Origin: Malacoraja senta
Lineage: Eukaryota
Assembly: GCA_038087875.1 (NCBI GenBank)
Contig: CM075977.1
Coordinates: 360,158,001 to 360,222,000, forward strand
DNA: 64,000 bases
Direction of reading: 5' to 3'
The notes beneath the pieces are model-generated. The model was given only the letters and a program-made list of their open reading frames with translations. It had not been told where the DNA came from and did not search any database. Positions 1 through 11,900 of this stretch are shown here, piece by piece. Each line of letters starts with the position of its first letter. Within the stretch, counting starts at the first letter, position 1. The position numbers were made by a program, and so were the translations under genes.

Positions 1-901
1 GCTGTTTTGATTCATTTATTTATTGTTGTATCTAATAATTACCATTTAATTCAGAATGTTTGCACAATGGACATAGTATTCCCTATGAGTAGCGATGTTA
101 CAAAACTTACCTTCTGCGGCGCTGCAGTTCTGCCACTGGCCGTGTGCTCGACTTTGGCGCCTTTGGGGGGGGGGGCATGATTAAAATGCCATTTTCTCCT
201 GCTTATCGGAGGCGGCTTTCCTCGGGCTGCTAAGCTGCTGAAGCACAATCGATCGGACTTCCTTTCCGATTTTTAAATGTATTTAATCGCGAGACAATTT
301 AATAATTACATTAAAATAAAAGGAGACTTCTAACACTCTCAATGCCTACAACGTGATGGATCGCATGAAGGGGACAAAACATAATGTAAGTCGTTTATTT
401 TACATATAAACTTTTTTCTTGGGATGGCTTTAATCTAATTTTCCTTTACGAAAATGTGATTTGGGCCCCATACGAACCGGCAGTGTTTTTCCTGCCAATA
501 TGGGGTTTAAATTCACCGCAAATGCAACGTTCCAATTGATTGCGTTCCAGAAAAACCCACTCGCAAGATGATTTTAATGCTCTTTTTTTTGGACAATGTC
601 ATAAGAGCATCTAAATCGTCTATATTTTGTGTTATTGTCTACCAATAGTCAATATTTTTATACTATATATCAGTTTTAGTCCCATGTATTGTGCAAAAAA
701 ATAATAATTTTTATTATATTGAGTGGATGTTTCTAGATTAATTTATGGGAATTAAACATTAAATTCCTTCCATCTGGCATATAAATTCATGAAAGTGAGA
801 TTTAAAACATGTTATATTGTGAATTCGTGTGTGAATGGGATTAGTTTGTTATTTGAATACTTAGGCTATTAAAATAAATATATCCTTTTCTTAAGCAATG
901 G

Positions 902-1132
902 AATCTACAGGACATTCTTAATGGGAAAGTATTGGGCAGAAAGGCATGTCATGTGTGGTTTGAAGAGCAAAAACTTGTAGTTTACAATGCCAAAATTGAA
1001 AAGTTGAGAAAAAACAAGGTGTACAGAGTTGCTTATTGGTTACAATCTGAGGAGTATGATGCTACTGATTATGATATGCCAATGTACCAGCTGGCAACTG
1101 ATCTTCTCCATCAAGACTTGGTCTATTGCTAG
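902..1132 (+). pseudogene. C-terminal coding fragment with a Spindlin/Ssty-like Tudor domain, inside a transposon
   Basis: Open frame NLQDILNGKVLGRKACHVWFEEQKLVVYNAKI...YRVAYW...YDMPMYQLATDLLHQDLVYC* resembles the Spin/Ssty repeat (GKAVEHMF...W.G.V...YITY...YMYQLLDDYKEGDL). Segment is absent from copy 2. Confidence 0.5.
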
Positions 1133-1471
1133 AAATTGTAATTTATTTACCTATCTGTTATGGATTTACAGCATATAATACAATAATATTAAAGTTCTGA
1201 TCTTGAGAATATCACATTTTTGAATTTTCAAAGCAGTCTGGGTGTTTATTACTATTCCGTCACAACGGTCAATTTTGTAATTAACTACAATTAGGTAATT
1301 AACTAATTATATGCTTTAATTTCAGGTCATCCAAGTAAGATGTTTTATATTTGTTTCAGAATGCTTCAATCTATAATAACTGAAAATTTCATTCAGTTCT
1401 CTTAATTTTTAAGAAAGTTATGGGCTTTTGACTGTCCTTGATCACAGCTTTTGTGTTAAGTCAATGGAAAA

Positions 1472-2196
1472 CAGAAACATAGAAAAATAGGTGCAGGAGT
1501 AGGCCATTCGGCCCTTCGAGCCTGCACCGCCATTCAATATGATCATGGCTGATCATCCAACTCAGTATCCTGTACCTGCTTTCTCTCCATACCCCCTGGT
1601 CCCTTTAGCCACAAGGGCCACATCTAACTCCCTCTTAAATATAGCCAATGAACTGGCCTCAACTACATTCTGTGGCAGAGAATTCCAGAGATTCACCACT
1701 CTCTGTGTAAAAAATGTTTTTTTCATATCAGTCCTAAAAGATTTCCCCTTTATCCTTAAACTGTGACCCCTTGTTCTGGACTTCCCCCAACATCGGGAAC
1801 AATCTTCCTGCATCTAGCCTGTCCAACCACTTAAGAATTTTGTACGTTTCTATAAGATCCACCCTCAATCTTCTAAATTCTAGCGAGTACAAGCCGAGTC
1901 TATCCAGTCTTTCTTCATATGAAAGTCCTGACATCCAGGAATCAGTCTGGTGAACCTTCTCTGTACTCCCTCTATGGCAAGAATGTCCTTCCTCAGATTA
2001 GGAGACCAAAACTGCACGCAATACTCCAGGTGTGGTCTCACCAAGACCCTGTACAACTGCAGTAGAACCTCCCTGCTACTATACTCAAATCCTTTTGCTA
2101 TGAATGCCAACATACCATTCGCTTTCTTCACTGTCTGCTGCACCTGCATGCCTACTTTCAATTACTGGTGTACCATTACACCCAGGTCTCGTTGCA
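1472..2196 (-). mobile_element. CR1 LINE, 5'-truncated (RT C-terminus + 3' UTR)
   Basis: VRPHLEYCVQFWSP and FFTQRVVNLWNSLP motifs; (TTTCTATG)n-type tail at 1472-1485. Confidence 0.95.
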
Positions 2197-2695
2197 ATAG
2201 GGAACAAGCAATAGGGAACAAGATGCTAAAAGCAATAGGGAACAAGATGCTAATTTCCGAGTATGAAAATGGCAATAACTTCTTTAATACTGAAGATGTG
2301 AAAGTGAATTAGGTGTCAAATTACTTATTTTTATGCTTTATATGATGGGATAAATTGCATACTTGATTTTTAAAATCTCAAAATTTTGTAATATTGCCAC
2401 TATGAGCTTTGTGCAAACAGGGAATCTCATTGCATTCTGCATTGTATTGCAAAATAATTGCTCTCTTATGTGTAAATTCCATCCATTTAGAGGCACAATG
2501 GACATGATCTTCAGCATGTATTATCTCTAAGAGGAATTCAGGAAGTAATGTCAACCATTATAAATGCCCTCTTATGACCTCAGAAAGCCTTAGATTTATT
2601 TGACTGTCACAGAAATTCATCTCCATCTTACGTCTGCTACACAATGGCCGCGGTCTTAACCAATGAATCCACAGGAGTCAACCGTAGCAATGTTA

Positions 2696-2913
2696 AGGGC
2701 CTGTCCCACTTTCATGACCTAATTCACGACCTTTGCCAGGTTTGCCATTGACTCATACTCGCAGCATGGTCGGTCGTCACAAGGTCATAGGAGGTCGTAG
2801 GTAGGTCGTGTTGCTAGTCATAGGTACTCGTGGATCAAGTAGGTCGGGGCGTTTTTCTAACCTGATGAAAAATGTCCATGAGTAAAAAAGGTCGTGAAAG
2901 TGGGACAGGCCCT
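2696..2913. mobile_element. PIF/Harbinger-type MITE
   Basis: TIR AGGGCCTGTCCCACTTTCATGACCT / AGGTCGTGAAAGTGGGACAGGCCCT; TTA TSD at 2693-2695 and 2914-2916; internal AGGTCGT repeats. Confidence 0.85.
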
Positions 2914-3360
2914 TTACCAATCAGTCAGGCAAGCCCAGCGCTTTTCTGAATCTTTCCCATTGCATGTTGCATGACATTTCTACTGTGCTTATTGTTACAA
3001 TAGAGCTAGTCTACAGAACACATAAAAAACTATTCAACCTAAAATGCCTTCTTGCCAGAACCAGATCACACCAAACCTTGGTCACTGAGCTGCAGTATTT
3101 AGCATCACCATCTACAAGGCCAGTATTTTAAATCTTAAACTCTCTTTAATGTAGGGGCATTGTTAAAGCAGAATGACACATTAACAGTTCACCCACCTCT
3201 GACAACATACTTGCCCCAAAGTGGATTGGGAGAAATGAGTCATGGGTTCAGCGATTTCCTCCTCTTACTTCTCTAACCAGAATAGGTGCATTATATTTAA
3301 AAATCCTACTCACTTGTTTAAATAGCAACACATTTGCTCTGAAACATTATCTCTTCTTTG

Positions 3361-3537
3361 GTAGACAAAAATGCTGGAGAAACTCAGCGGGTGAGGCAGC
3401 ATCTATGGAGCGAAGGAATAGGTGACGTTTCAGTTCCAGACCCTTCTTCCTTCGCTCCATAGATGCTGCCTCACCTGCTGAGTTTCTCCAGCATTTTTGT
3501 CTACCTTCGATTTTTCCAGCATCTGCAGTTCTTTCTT
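3361..3537. mobile_element. Short palindromic Penelope-terminus-derived element
   Basis: Inverted halves (AGACAAAAATGCTGGAGAAACTCAGC / GCTGAGTTTCTCCAGCATTTTTGTCT); 19-bp TSD AAACATTATCTCTTCTTTG at 3342-3360 and 3538-3556; similar to the 3' end of the Penelope at 8650-8720. Confidence 0.8.
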
Positions 3538-3573
3538 AAACATTATCTCTTCTTTGAATGTAATGACAATATG

Positions 3574-4613
3574 TAGGTATGTTACAAAACTTACCATCAG
3601 CCGCGCTGTAATTCTGCCACTGGCCTGTGCGCGATTTTGGCGCCTTTAAGGGGGGGCGGGGTTAAAACGCGGTTTCTCCTCCCTTGTCCTGAATTATATT
3701 TTGTTGGAGTACAAGCGTTGGCTGACAAATTGTTCCTAGTGGCGTTTCGTGAATTTATTATTTTTATTAAATCGTCAATGTCAGCGCTGGAGTAATTTTA
3801 AAAGGCAGCTCCTGAAGCGTCAACGCCGATAACGGGGACGGATTTCACACACGGGACAGGGTAAACGAAGTGGTTTCTTTTAAATGTATAAAAGTGCTCT
3901 TAAGAAGCCTTTAATTTACAATTTTTCATGCGACACGGTGATTTTATTCCCCGAACTAACGGCAGTATTTTTCATGCCAATACGGGGTTAAATTCACCGC
4001 AAATGAACGTTCCAAAAGATCGCGTTCCAGAAATCCTCACTCTCAAGATGATGCAAATGCCCATTAATTTACAGGTATTAAACATTCAATTCCTTCCATT
4101 TGGCCTGTAAATTCATGAAAATGAGATTTAAAAATTATGTTATATTGTGAATTATTGTGTGAATGTTATTTGGACACTTAGGCTATTTAAAAATGTTAAT
4201 CTATTCTTAAGAAATTGATAGATGTTTAGATCTAGTAATTGAATTTTGTAATTAGCTACAATTAGGTAACTAACTAATTATATGCTTTACTTTCATGTCT
4301 TCTAAGTAAGATTGTTTCATATTTGTTTCAGAATGCTTCAATCTATAATAACTGAAAATTTCTTTCAGTTATCTTAATTTTTAAGAAAGTTATGGGCTTT
4401 TAACTGTCCTCGATCACAGCTTTTGTGTTAAGTCAATGGAAAAGCAATAGGGAACAAGATGCTAATTTCCGAGTGTGAAAATGGCCATAACTTCTTTAAT
4501 ACTGAAGATATGAAAGTGAATTAGGTGTCAAATTAAACTTCTTTTTATGCTTTATCTGATGGGATAAATTGCAGACTTTATTTTTTAAATCTCAAAATTT
4601 TGTAACATTGCTA
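3574..4613. mobile_element. Non-autonomous DNA transposon copy 2 (same family as 90-2399)
   Basis: TIR TAGGTATGTTACAAAA / TTTTGTAACATTGCTA; 7-bp TSD CAATATG at 3567-3573 and 4614-4620. Confidence 0.85.
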
Positions 4614-4742
4614 CAATATGTACCACTTATTTTTTGCTCTTCATATCTTTATTCATTCATTTCCCCTGCCAAATACAAAATTTTATATTTTTCTAGAATT
4701 CTATTTGCTACTTTCCTAATCATCTTGAAAAAAATGAACACA

Positions 4743-4942
4743 NNNNNNNNNNNNNNNNNNNNNNNNNNNNNNNNNNNNNNNNNNNNNNNNNNNNNNNNNN
4801 NNNNNNNNNNNNNNNNNNNNNNNNNNNNNNNNNNNNNNNNNNNNNNNNNNNNNNNNNNNNNNNNNNNNNNNNNNNNNNNNNNNNNNNNNNNNNNNNNNNN
4901 NNNNNNNNNNNNNNNNNNNNNNNNNNNNNNNNNNNNNNNNNN
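4743..4942. other. Assembly gap (200 N)
   Basis: Run of N. Confidence 1.
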
Positions 4943-6720
4943 TTCATCAGATGTGTTGAGTATAGAAGTTGGGAGGTCATGTTGCAGTTATATAGGACGT
5001 TGGTGAGACTGCATTTAAAGTATTGGGTTCAGTTCTGGGCATCATGTTATAGGAAAGATGTCAAGCTGGAAAGGGTACAGAGAAGATTTACGAGGGTGCC
5101 TGCCAGGACTAGAGGGTCTGAATTATAGGGAGAGGTTGAATAGGCTGGGACTCTATTCCTTGGAGCGCAGGCGGATGAGGGGTGATCTTATAAAGGTGTA
5201 TTAAAAAAATGAGAGGGATAGATGCAGAGTCTTGCCCAGAGTAGGTGAATCGAAGCAGAGTTCATAGATACATAGATACATAGAAAATAGGTGCAGGAGT
5301 AGGCCATTTGGCCCTTCGAGCCTGCACCGCCATTCAATATGATCATGGCTGATCATCCAACTCAGTATCCCGTACCTGCCTTCTCTCCATACCCCCTGAT
5401 CCCTTTAGCCGCAAGGGCCACATCTAACTCCCTCTTAAATATAGCCAATGAACTGGCCTCAACTACCCTCTGTGGCAGAGAGTTCCAGAGATTCACCACT
5501 CTCTGTGTGAAAAAGTTTTTCCTCATCTCGGTCTTAAAGGATTTCCCCCTTATCCTTAAGCTGTGCCCCCTTGTCCTGGACTTCCCCAACATCGGGAACA
5601 ATCTTCCTGCATCTAGCCTGTCCAACCCCATAAGAATTTTGTACGTTTCTATAAGATCCCCTCTCAATCTCCTAAATTCTAGCGAATATAAGCCAAGTCT
5701 ATCCAGTCTTTCTTCATATGAAAGTCCTGACATCCCAGGAATCAGTCTGGTGAACCTTCTCTGCACTCCCTCTATGGCTATAATGTCCATCCTCAGATTT
5801 GGAGACCAAAACTGTACGCAATACTCCAGGTGTGGTCTCACCAAGACCCTGTACAACTGCAGTAGAACCTCCCTGCTCCTATACTCAAATCCTCTTGCTA
5901 TGAAGGCCAACATACCATTCGCTTTCTTCACTGCCTGCTGCACCTGCATGCCTACTTTCAATGATTGGTGTACCATGACACCCAGGTCTCGCTGCATCTC
6001 CCCATTTCCTAATCGGCCACCATTTAGATAATAGTCTGCCTTCCCGTTTTTGCCACCAAAGTGGATAACCTCACATTTATCCACATTATACTGCATCTGC
6101 CAAACATTTCCCCACTCACCCAGCCTATCCAAGTCACCTTGCAGTCTCCTAGCATCCTCCTCACAGCTAACACTGCCCCCCAGCTTAGTGTCATCCGCAA
6201 ACTTGGAGATGTTGCTTTCAATTCCCTCGTCCAGATCATTAATATAAATTGTAAATAGCTGGGGTCCCAGCACTGAGCCTTGCGGTACCCCACTAGTCAC
6301 TGCCTGCCATTGTGAAAAGGACCCGTTTACTCCTACTCTTTGCTTCCTGTTTGCCAGCCAGTTCTCTATCCACATCAATACTGAACCCCCAATACCGTGT
6401 GATTTAAGTTTGTATCCTAATCTCTTATGTGGTACCTTGTCGAAAGTTCATAGGTTTAAGGCGAAGAGGAAAAGATTTGATAGGAATCTGAGGGGTAGCT
6501 TTGTCATACAAAGGATGGTGGTTGTATGGAACAAGCTGCCAGAGGAGGTAGTTGAGGCAGGACTATCCCAACCTTTAAGGAGTAAATAGACAAGTACATG
6601 GATAGGACAGGTTTGGAGGGATATGAACCAAATGCAGGCAGGTGGGACTAGTGTAGCTGGGACATATTGGTCGTTGTGGGCAAGTTGGGCGCTGTGTCAC
6701 TCTCTGTTTCACTCTATGAC
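4943..6720 (+). mobile_element. Older CR1 subfamily fragment split by a younger CR1
   Basis: 4943-5267 and 6445-6720 join into a continuous CR1 3' end similar to 60630-61595. Confidence 0.85.
5268..6444 (-). mobile_element. Young CR1 LINE, 5'-truncated, open RT frame (338 aa)
   Basis: SGVPQGSVLGP and KFADDTKL motifs; TSD AGTTCATAG at 5259-5267 and 6445-6453. Confidence 0.96.
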
Positions 6721-7907
6721 TGTATAATGTATTGTGGCAGATACAATTACATTCTCTTGAAAAATCTGAATCAATTTTAATTCGAACGCTTTCCACTGTA
6801 CTCTTTTCCAAGACTAAAGAATGTTTTATTGTCATGTACTGAACAGAACAATGAAATTCTTACTTGCAGCAGCACAACAGCGCAACATTCACTTGGACCA
6901 TCTCTGACATCTCCCTACCATTTCTTGATCTCACCGTCTCCGTCACAGGAGACAGACTATTGGCTGATATCGATTGTAAACCCACTGACTCCAATAGCTA
7001 TCTAGACTACACTTCTTCCCACCCTGTTTTCTGTAAAAACTCTATCCTCTACTCCCAATTTCTCCGTCTACGCTGCATCTGCGCACAAGATGAAGTGTTC
7101 CATACAAGGACATCGGAGATGTCCTCATTCTTTAGGGAACGGGGGTTCCCCTCTTCCATCATAAATGAGGCCCTCACCAGGGTCTCCTCGATATCCCACA
7201 GCTCCAGTCTTGCTCCCCTTCCCCCCAGTCGCAACAGGGACAGTTCCCCTAGTCCTCACCTTCCACCCCATCAGCCGTCTCATACAGCACATAATCCTTA
7301 GCCACCTCCAACGGGATCCATCCACTAGCCACACCTTCCCATCGCCACCCATTTCCGCTTTCTGCAGAGACCGTCCCCTCAGCAACTCCCTGGTCAACTT
7401 TTCCCTGCAACCGCACGAGAAGCAACACCTGTCCCTATACCTCCCCCCTCGACTCCGTCCAAGGACCCCGACAGTCTTTTCAGGTGAGGTTCACATGCAC
7501 CTCCTCCAACCTCATCTACTGTATCTGCTGTCCCAGGTATGGACTCCTATATATTGGCGAGATCATGTGCAGGCTCGGTGATCGTTTCGCTGAACACCTC
7601 CGCTCAGTCCGCCTAAACCTACCCAATTTCCTGGTTGCTAAACACTCCCATTCCCACACTGACCTTTCTGTCCTGGGCCTCCTCCATTGTCAAGAGTGAG
7701 GCCTAGCGCAAATTGGAGGAACAACACCTCATATTTCGCTTGGGTAGCTTACACCCCAGCAGTATGAACACTGACTTATCTAACCAAGTTACCCTTGCTT
7801 TCCCTCTCTCCCCCATCCCTCCCCTTCCCAGTTCTCCGACCAGTCTTGCTGTCTCCGATTACATTTTATCTCTGTTTGCTTTGTTGTTACTTTCTCCCAG
7901 CTAACAT

Positions 7908-8538
7908 AGAAACATAGAAATTGGGTGCAGGAGTAGGCCATTCGGCCCTTCGAGCCTGCACCGCCATTCAATATGATCATGGCTGATCATCCAACTCAGT
8001 ATCCCGTACCTGCCTTCTCTCCATACCCTCTGATCCCTTTAGCCACAAGGGCCACATCTAGCTCCCTCTTAAATATAGCCAATGAACTGGCCTCGACTAC
8101 CCTCTGTGGCAGAGAGTTCCAGAGATTCACCACTCTCTGTGTGAAAAAAGTTCTTCTCATCTCGGTTTTAAAGGATTTCCCCCTTATCCTTAAGCTGTGA
8201 CCCCTTGTCCTGGACTTCCCCAACATCGGGAGCAATCTTCCTGCATCTAGGCTGTCCAACCCCTTAAGAATTTTGTAAGTTTCTATAAGATCCCCTCTCA
8301 ATCTCCTAAATTCTAGAGAGTATAAACCAAGTCTATCCAGTCTTTCTTCATAAGACAGTCCTGACATCCCAGGAATCAGTCTGGTGAACCTTCTCTGCAC
8401 TCCCTCTATGGCAATAATGTCCTTCCTCAGATTTGGAGACCAAAACTGTACGCAATACTCCAGGTGTGGTCTCACCAAGACCCTGTACAACTGCAGTAGA
8501 ACCTCCCTGCTCCTATACTCAAATCCTTTTGCTATGAA
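7908..8538 (-). mobile_element. Young CR1 LINE, 5'-truncated, inside the Penelope 3' region
   Basis: 183-aa RT C-terminal ORF; TSD/microhomology AGCTAACAT at 7899-7907 and 8539-8547. Confidence 0.95.
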
Positions 8539-8651
8539 AGCTAACATTGATCTATATAATATATTCTACATTTTCCTTGATCTGCATTCCCTTTGTCCTG
8601 TTTTCACACCTTACATTTCCTTATCTATGTATCTCCCTCTCGCCTGATATC

Positions 8652-8685
8652 CGTCTGAAGAAGGGTCCCGACCCGAAACGTCACC
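8652..8685 (+). ncRNA. Minimal hammerhead ribozyme motif of the Penelope terminus
   Basis: CTGAAGA-A-GGGT(CCCG)ACCC-GAAAC-GTC: catalytic core, stem II, palindromic ACGT helix III and GUC cleavage triplet. Confidence 0.7.
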
Positions 8686-8788
8686 CATTCCTTCTCTCCA
8701 GAGATGCTGCCAGTCCCGCTTGTAGATGAAACAGTATTACTGATTTGATCCGTCTGGTTTTGCTGCTGATGACCTAATCCATAATCCA

Positions 8789-8981
8789 AGGAAGACAAAA
8801 ATGCTGGAGAATCTTAGCGGGTGAGGCAGCATCAATGGAGCGAAGGAATAGACCCTTCTTCAGTCTCTACCCGAGACGTCACCTATTCCTTCGCTCCATA
8901 GATGCTGCCTCACCTGCTGAGTTTCTCCAGCATTTTTGTCTACCTTCGATTTTTCCAACATCTGCAGTTCTTTCTTAAAAA
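8789..8981. mobile_element. Short palindromic Penelope-derived element inside the 5' LTR of Gypsy A
   Basis: 14-bp TSD TAATCCATAATCCA at 8775-8788 and 8982-8995; same family as 3361-3537. Confidence 0.8.
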
Positions 8982-11900
8982 TAATCCATAATCCATGTCT
9001 GGTTTCCACACCACCACGGCCTAGTAGCATGCGGGCAGCCATGTTGGTTGTGCAGTTCAACTTGCAATTTCGAGCCTACAGTACTCATTTCGATGGTCTC
9101 TGTATGTATCCAAATTAAAGTACTTGTTATGATATATAATGACTATCAATAGTACTTTGCACATGGTGTCAGAAGTGGTATTTTATTTTGACTTTGGCTG
9201 TTTTTTACAAGGCTTTTCATAGTCTGTAACTTGGCTGAAACTTTCAGAAAACCTGACCCACTTGTTTTCGATAACAATTGGACAGTGGTGGCGTACTTTT
9301 GAGCAACAGTATGATTTGTTCATTGCTGCAACTTCTCATGACAAGCTGGCAATAGTGCTCGCTAGCATTCTCCTTCTCGTCGCAGGAGATGAAACTTATG
9401 AACGAGCGCAACAGTTTGTGTAAGCTGAGGCAATAACTCAACAACCTGCCGATGGCGGGGTACCGATCGTGACCCCGGCTTATTCACCGGACGACCCGGA
9501 GTGTCTTAAGAGAAAGTTTCGACAATTGTGTGACCCTCAAGCTAATCCACTCATCGAACGTTTGAAAATTTTCTCAAAATACCAGAATGTGGATGAAACT
9601 ATTGAATTGTTTGTTTGTGCTATAAAAAAAGGCTGTAGGAACTTGCAGATTGGGCGATCTCAAAGACAAATTTATTAGAGACTGGTTGGTGTGTGGCCTT
9701 CTTAATGACAAGCTGAGAAGAAAGCTTGTCTGTGACACAGCAATAACCTTGGATAGAGCTATTGCGGTCTGAAAGTTACGAACTGTCGATTCGTAATGCT
9801 CAAACACTCACTCAAGCACAACATTCCAATGTGGGGGTAGATAGTATACATTCCAATGTAGAGGTTGATAGCGTGCTAGCTCTGTTTCCAAGGCAATGAA
9901 GGCAGCAGATGGCACTACTAGGTCAGTTTGGAAGAGCTCAGGCCTTATCTCCCCCAGTATACCTAGGCAAAAACAGTGTATCCTGCGGCTCGTTTTATTC
10001 AAGAATGTAATAACTGGTAGTGCGCACTTGGCTAAGAGAGAGAAGTGCCTTGCCTTCGGTCAAGTTTGCCATCGGTGCAGGAGGCAAAACCATTTCGGGA
10101 GATGTTGCAGATCCCAACCTAACAGAGAGCAGACAAAGCAGCCCATAAATTTGCTGCAAGCTGAGCCCCTGTCAGATTTGTCCTATAGCAGCATGGACGA
10201 GAGGCAGGCACATTCTATTATCACACAAAATGTGCAGAATAGTGAGCCAATGGCCAATGTAACAGTAAACAATAAAATGATCGAGATGAAAATCGACACT
10301 GGAGCGAAATGCAATGTTTTGTCTCGGGAACAGTTTAATCACCTGAGGAAGGCAGAGCTATTAAAACTCAGCAATGTTACTCTTCTCGCGTATGGGGGAA
10401 GCGAGGTCAATACGGTTGGTATTGTGAAGCTGCAGTGCCACCTAGGGGACCAACCATACAGATTGCGCTTCTATGTCGTCGAGCGCAATGTTATTCCGCT
10501 TTTATGCTATGATGCCTGCAAAGATATGGGACTGGTTACCTTCAGCAAGGCTGTGTATCAACTAACTCCAGTTCGGGATTCTACACAGCTATACTCATGG
10601 ATTACCACGATCTTTTCACTGAAGAACTAGGCAGGCTACCAATAACTTACCATATGTCTTTAGACCCAGAGGTGCGACCTGTGGTTCGTCCTGCTCAGCG
10701 TATACCTATTGCCATGAGAGACCGGGTCAAAGCCGAACTGGACAGGATGGTGACATTGGGGGTCATCAAATCTATTTCAGAACCCACAGACTGGGTGTCC
10801 TCGATGGTGGCTGCCACAAAGAAGAATAAGCAGGAGATTCGTATATGTATTAATCCGAGGGACCTGAACACCGCACTCAAAAGGCCCCATCACCCCATAC
10901 CGTGGAGGAGGTGGCTGCCCACATGGGTAAGCCAACGGTATTCTCTGTATTAGACGGCAAGAGCTTCTGGCAGATTCCCCTAGATCATGCATCATCTATG
11001 TGTACCACCTTCAGCACTGCTTTCGGCCGCTACAGATTTTTGCGCATGCCGTTTGGTATCAGTTCAGCCAGTGAGGTGTTTCAGCACGCCATGGAGCAAC
11101 TGTTTGACAGATACCCTTGTGCTATCATCGTGGACGACATCATTGTTAGCGGCAAAGACATGGAACAGCATGATGCCAACTTAAAGAAGGTACTCGAGCG
11201 TGCCAGGGAAGTGAACTTAAAACTGAATCCCCAAAGATGTCGGTTTTGTGTTAACCAGGTGGGGCATATTTTCACGGCTGATGGTCTCAAGGCGGATCCT
11301 TCTAAGACTGTGGCTGTTAGTGAAATGTCCACACCCACGGATGTTGCAGGTCTGCAGAGATTTCTGGGCATGATTAATTATTTCGGAAAATTCGTTCCCA
11401 ACTTTGCCGAGATCTCGGCTCCCTTGAGGCAACTTACTCACAAGAACACTGCCTGGACATGGCACAAACAGCTGCAACGTGCTTTTGACACTCTGAAAAG
11501 TCAGATATCGTGCCCACGTACCCTGGCTTATTACGATGTCAATCCACCTGTTACCTTGACTTGTGACGCATCTCAGTACGGCCTCTGTGCAGCATACCTG
11601 CAGAATGAACAGCTTATGGTTCCAGGACGATGACCGACACGGAGACGAAGTGTGCTCACATCGAGAAGGAATTACTGGCGGTGGTCTTTGCATGTGTTAA
11701 ATTCAATGATTACATTTTTAGCAAGGCTGTTACTGTAGAGACTGACCATCAACCTTTGGTTACCATTTTAAACAAGCCTATACATGCTGCTCTGGCGCGG
11801 CTGCAAAGAATGATGCTGCAGCTCCAGAAGTATATCTCTCTCTCTCACTTACAAGCACTGTATGCACATGTATCTGGCTGATGCCTTATCCCGTGCTCCC

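Larger units (their letters stand above)
90..2399. mobile_element. Non-autonomous DNA transposon copy 1 (TAG...CTA-type termini, 7-bp TSD, hATw-like), with nested inserts
   Basis: TIR TAGCGATGTTACAAAA (90-105) vs TTTTGTAATATTGCCA (2384-2399); TSD CTATGAG at 83-89 and 2400-2406; colinear with copy 2 at 3574-4613. Superfamily inferred from TSD length only. Confidence 0.8.
6882..8720 (+). mobile_element. Penelope-like element (RT C-terminus + GIY-YIG endonuclease, frameshifted); 3' terminus resumes at ~18147-18210 after a Gypsy insertion
   Basis: LPFLDL...KPTDSNSYLDYTSSHP...YSQFLRLR, then FTCTSSNLIYCICC...LLYIGE...RLGDRFAEH; terminal hammerhead motif. Confidence 0.9.

Noticed and set aside
5339-6031. 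Recurring + strand ORFs starting MIMADHPTQYPVP
   Set aside because: These are antisense shadow frames of CR1 ORF2, repeated with each CR1 copy.
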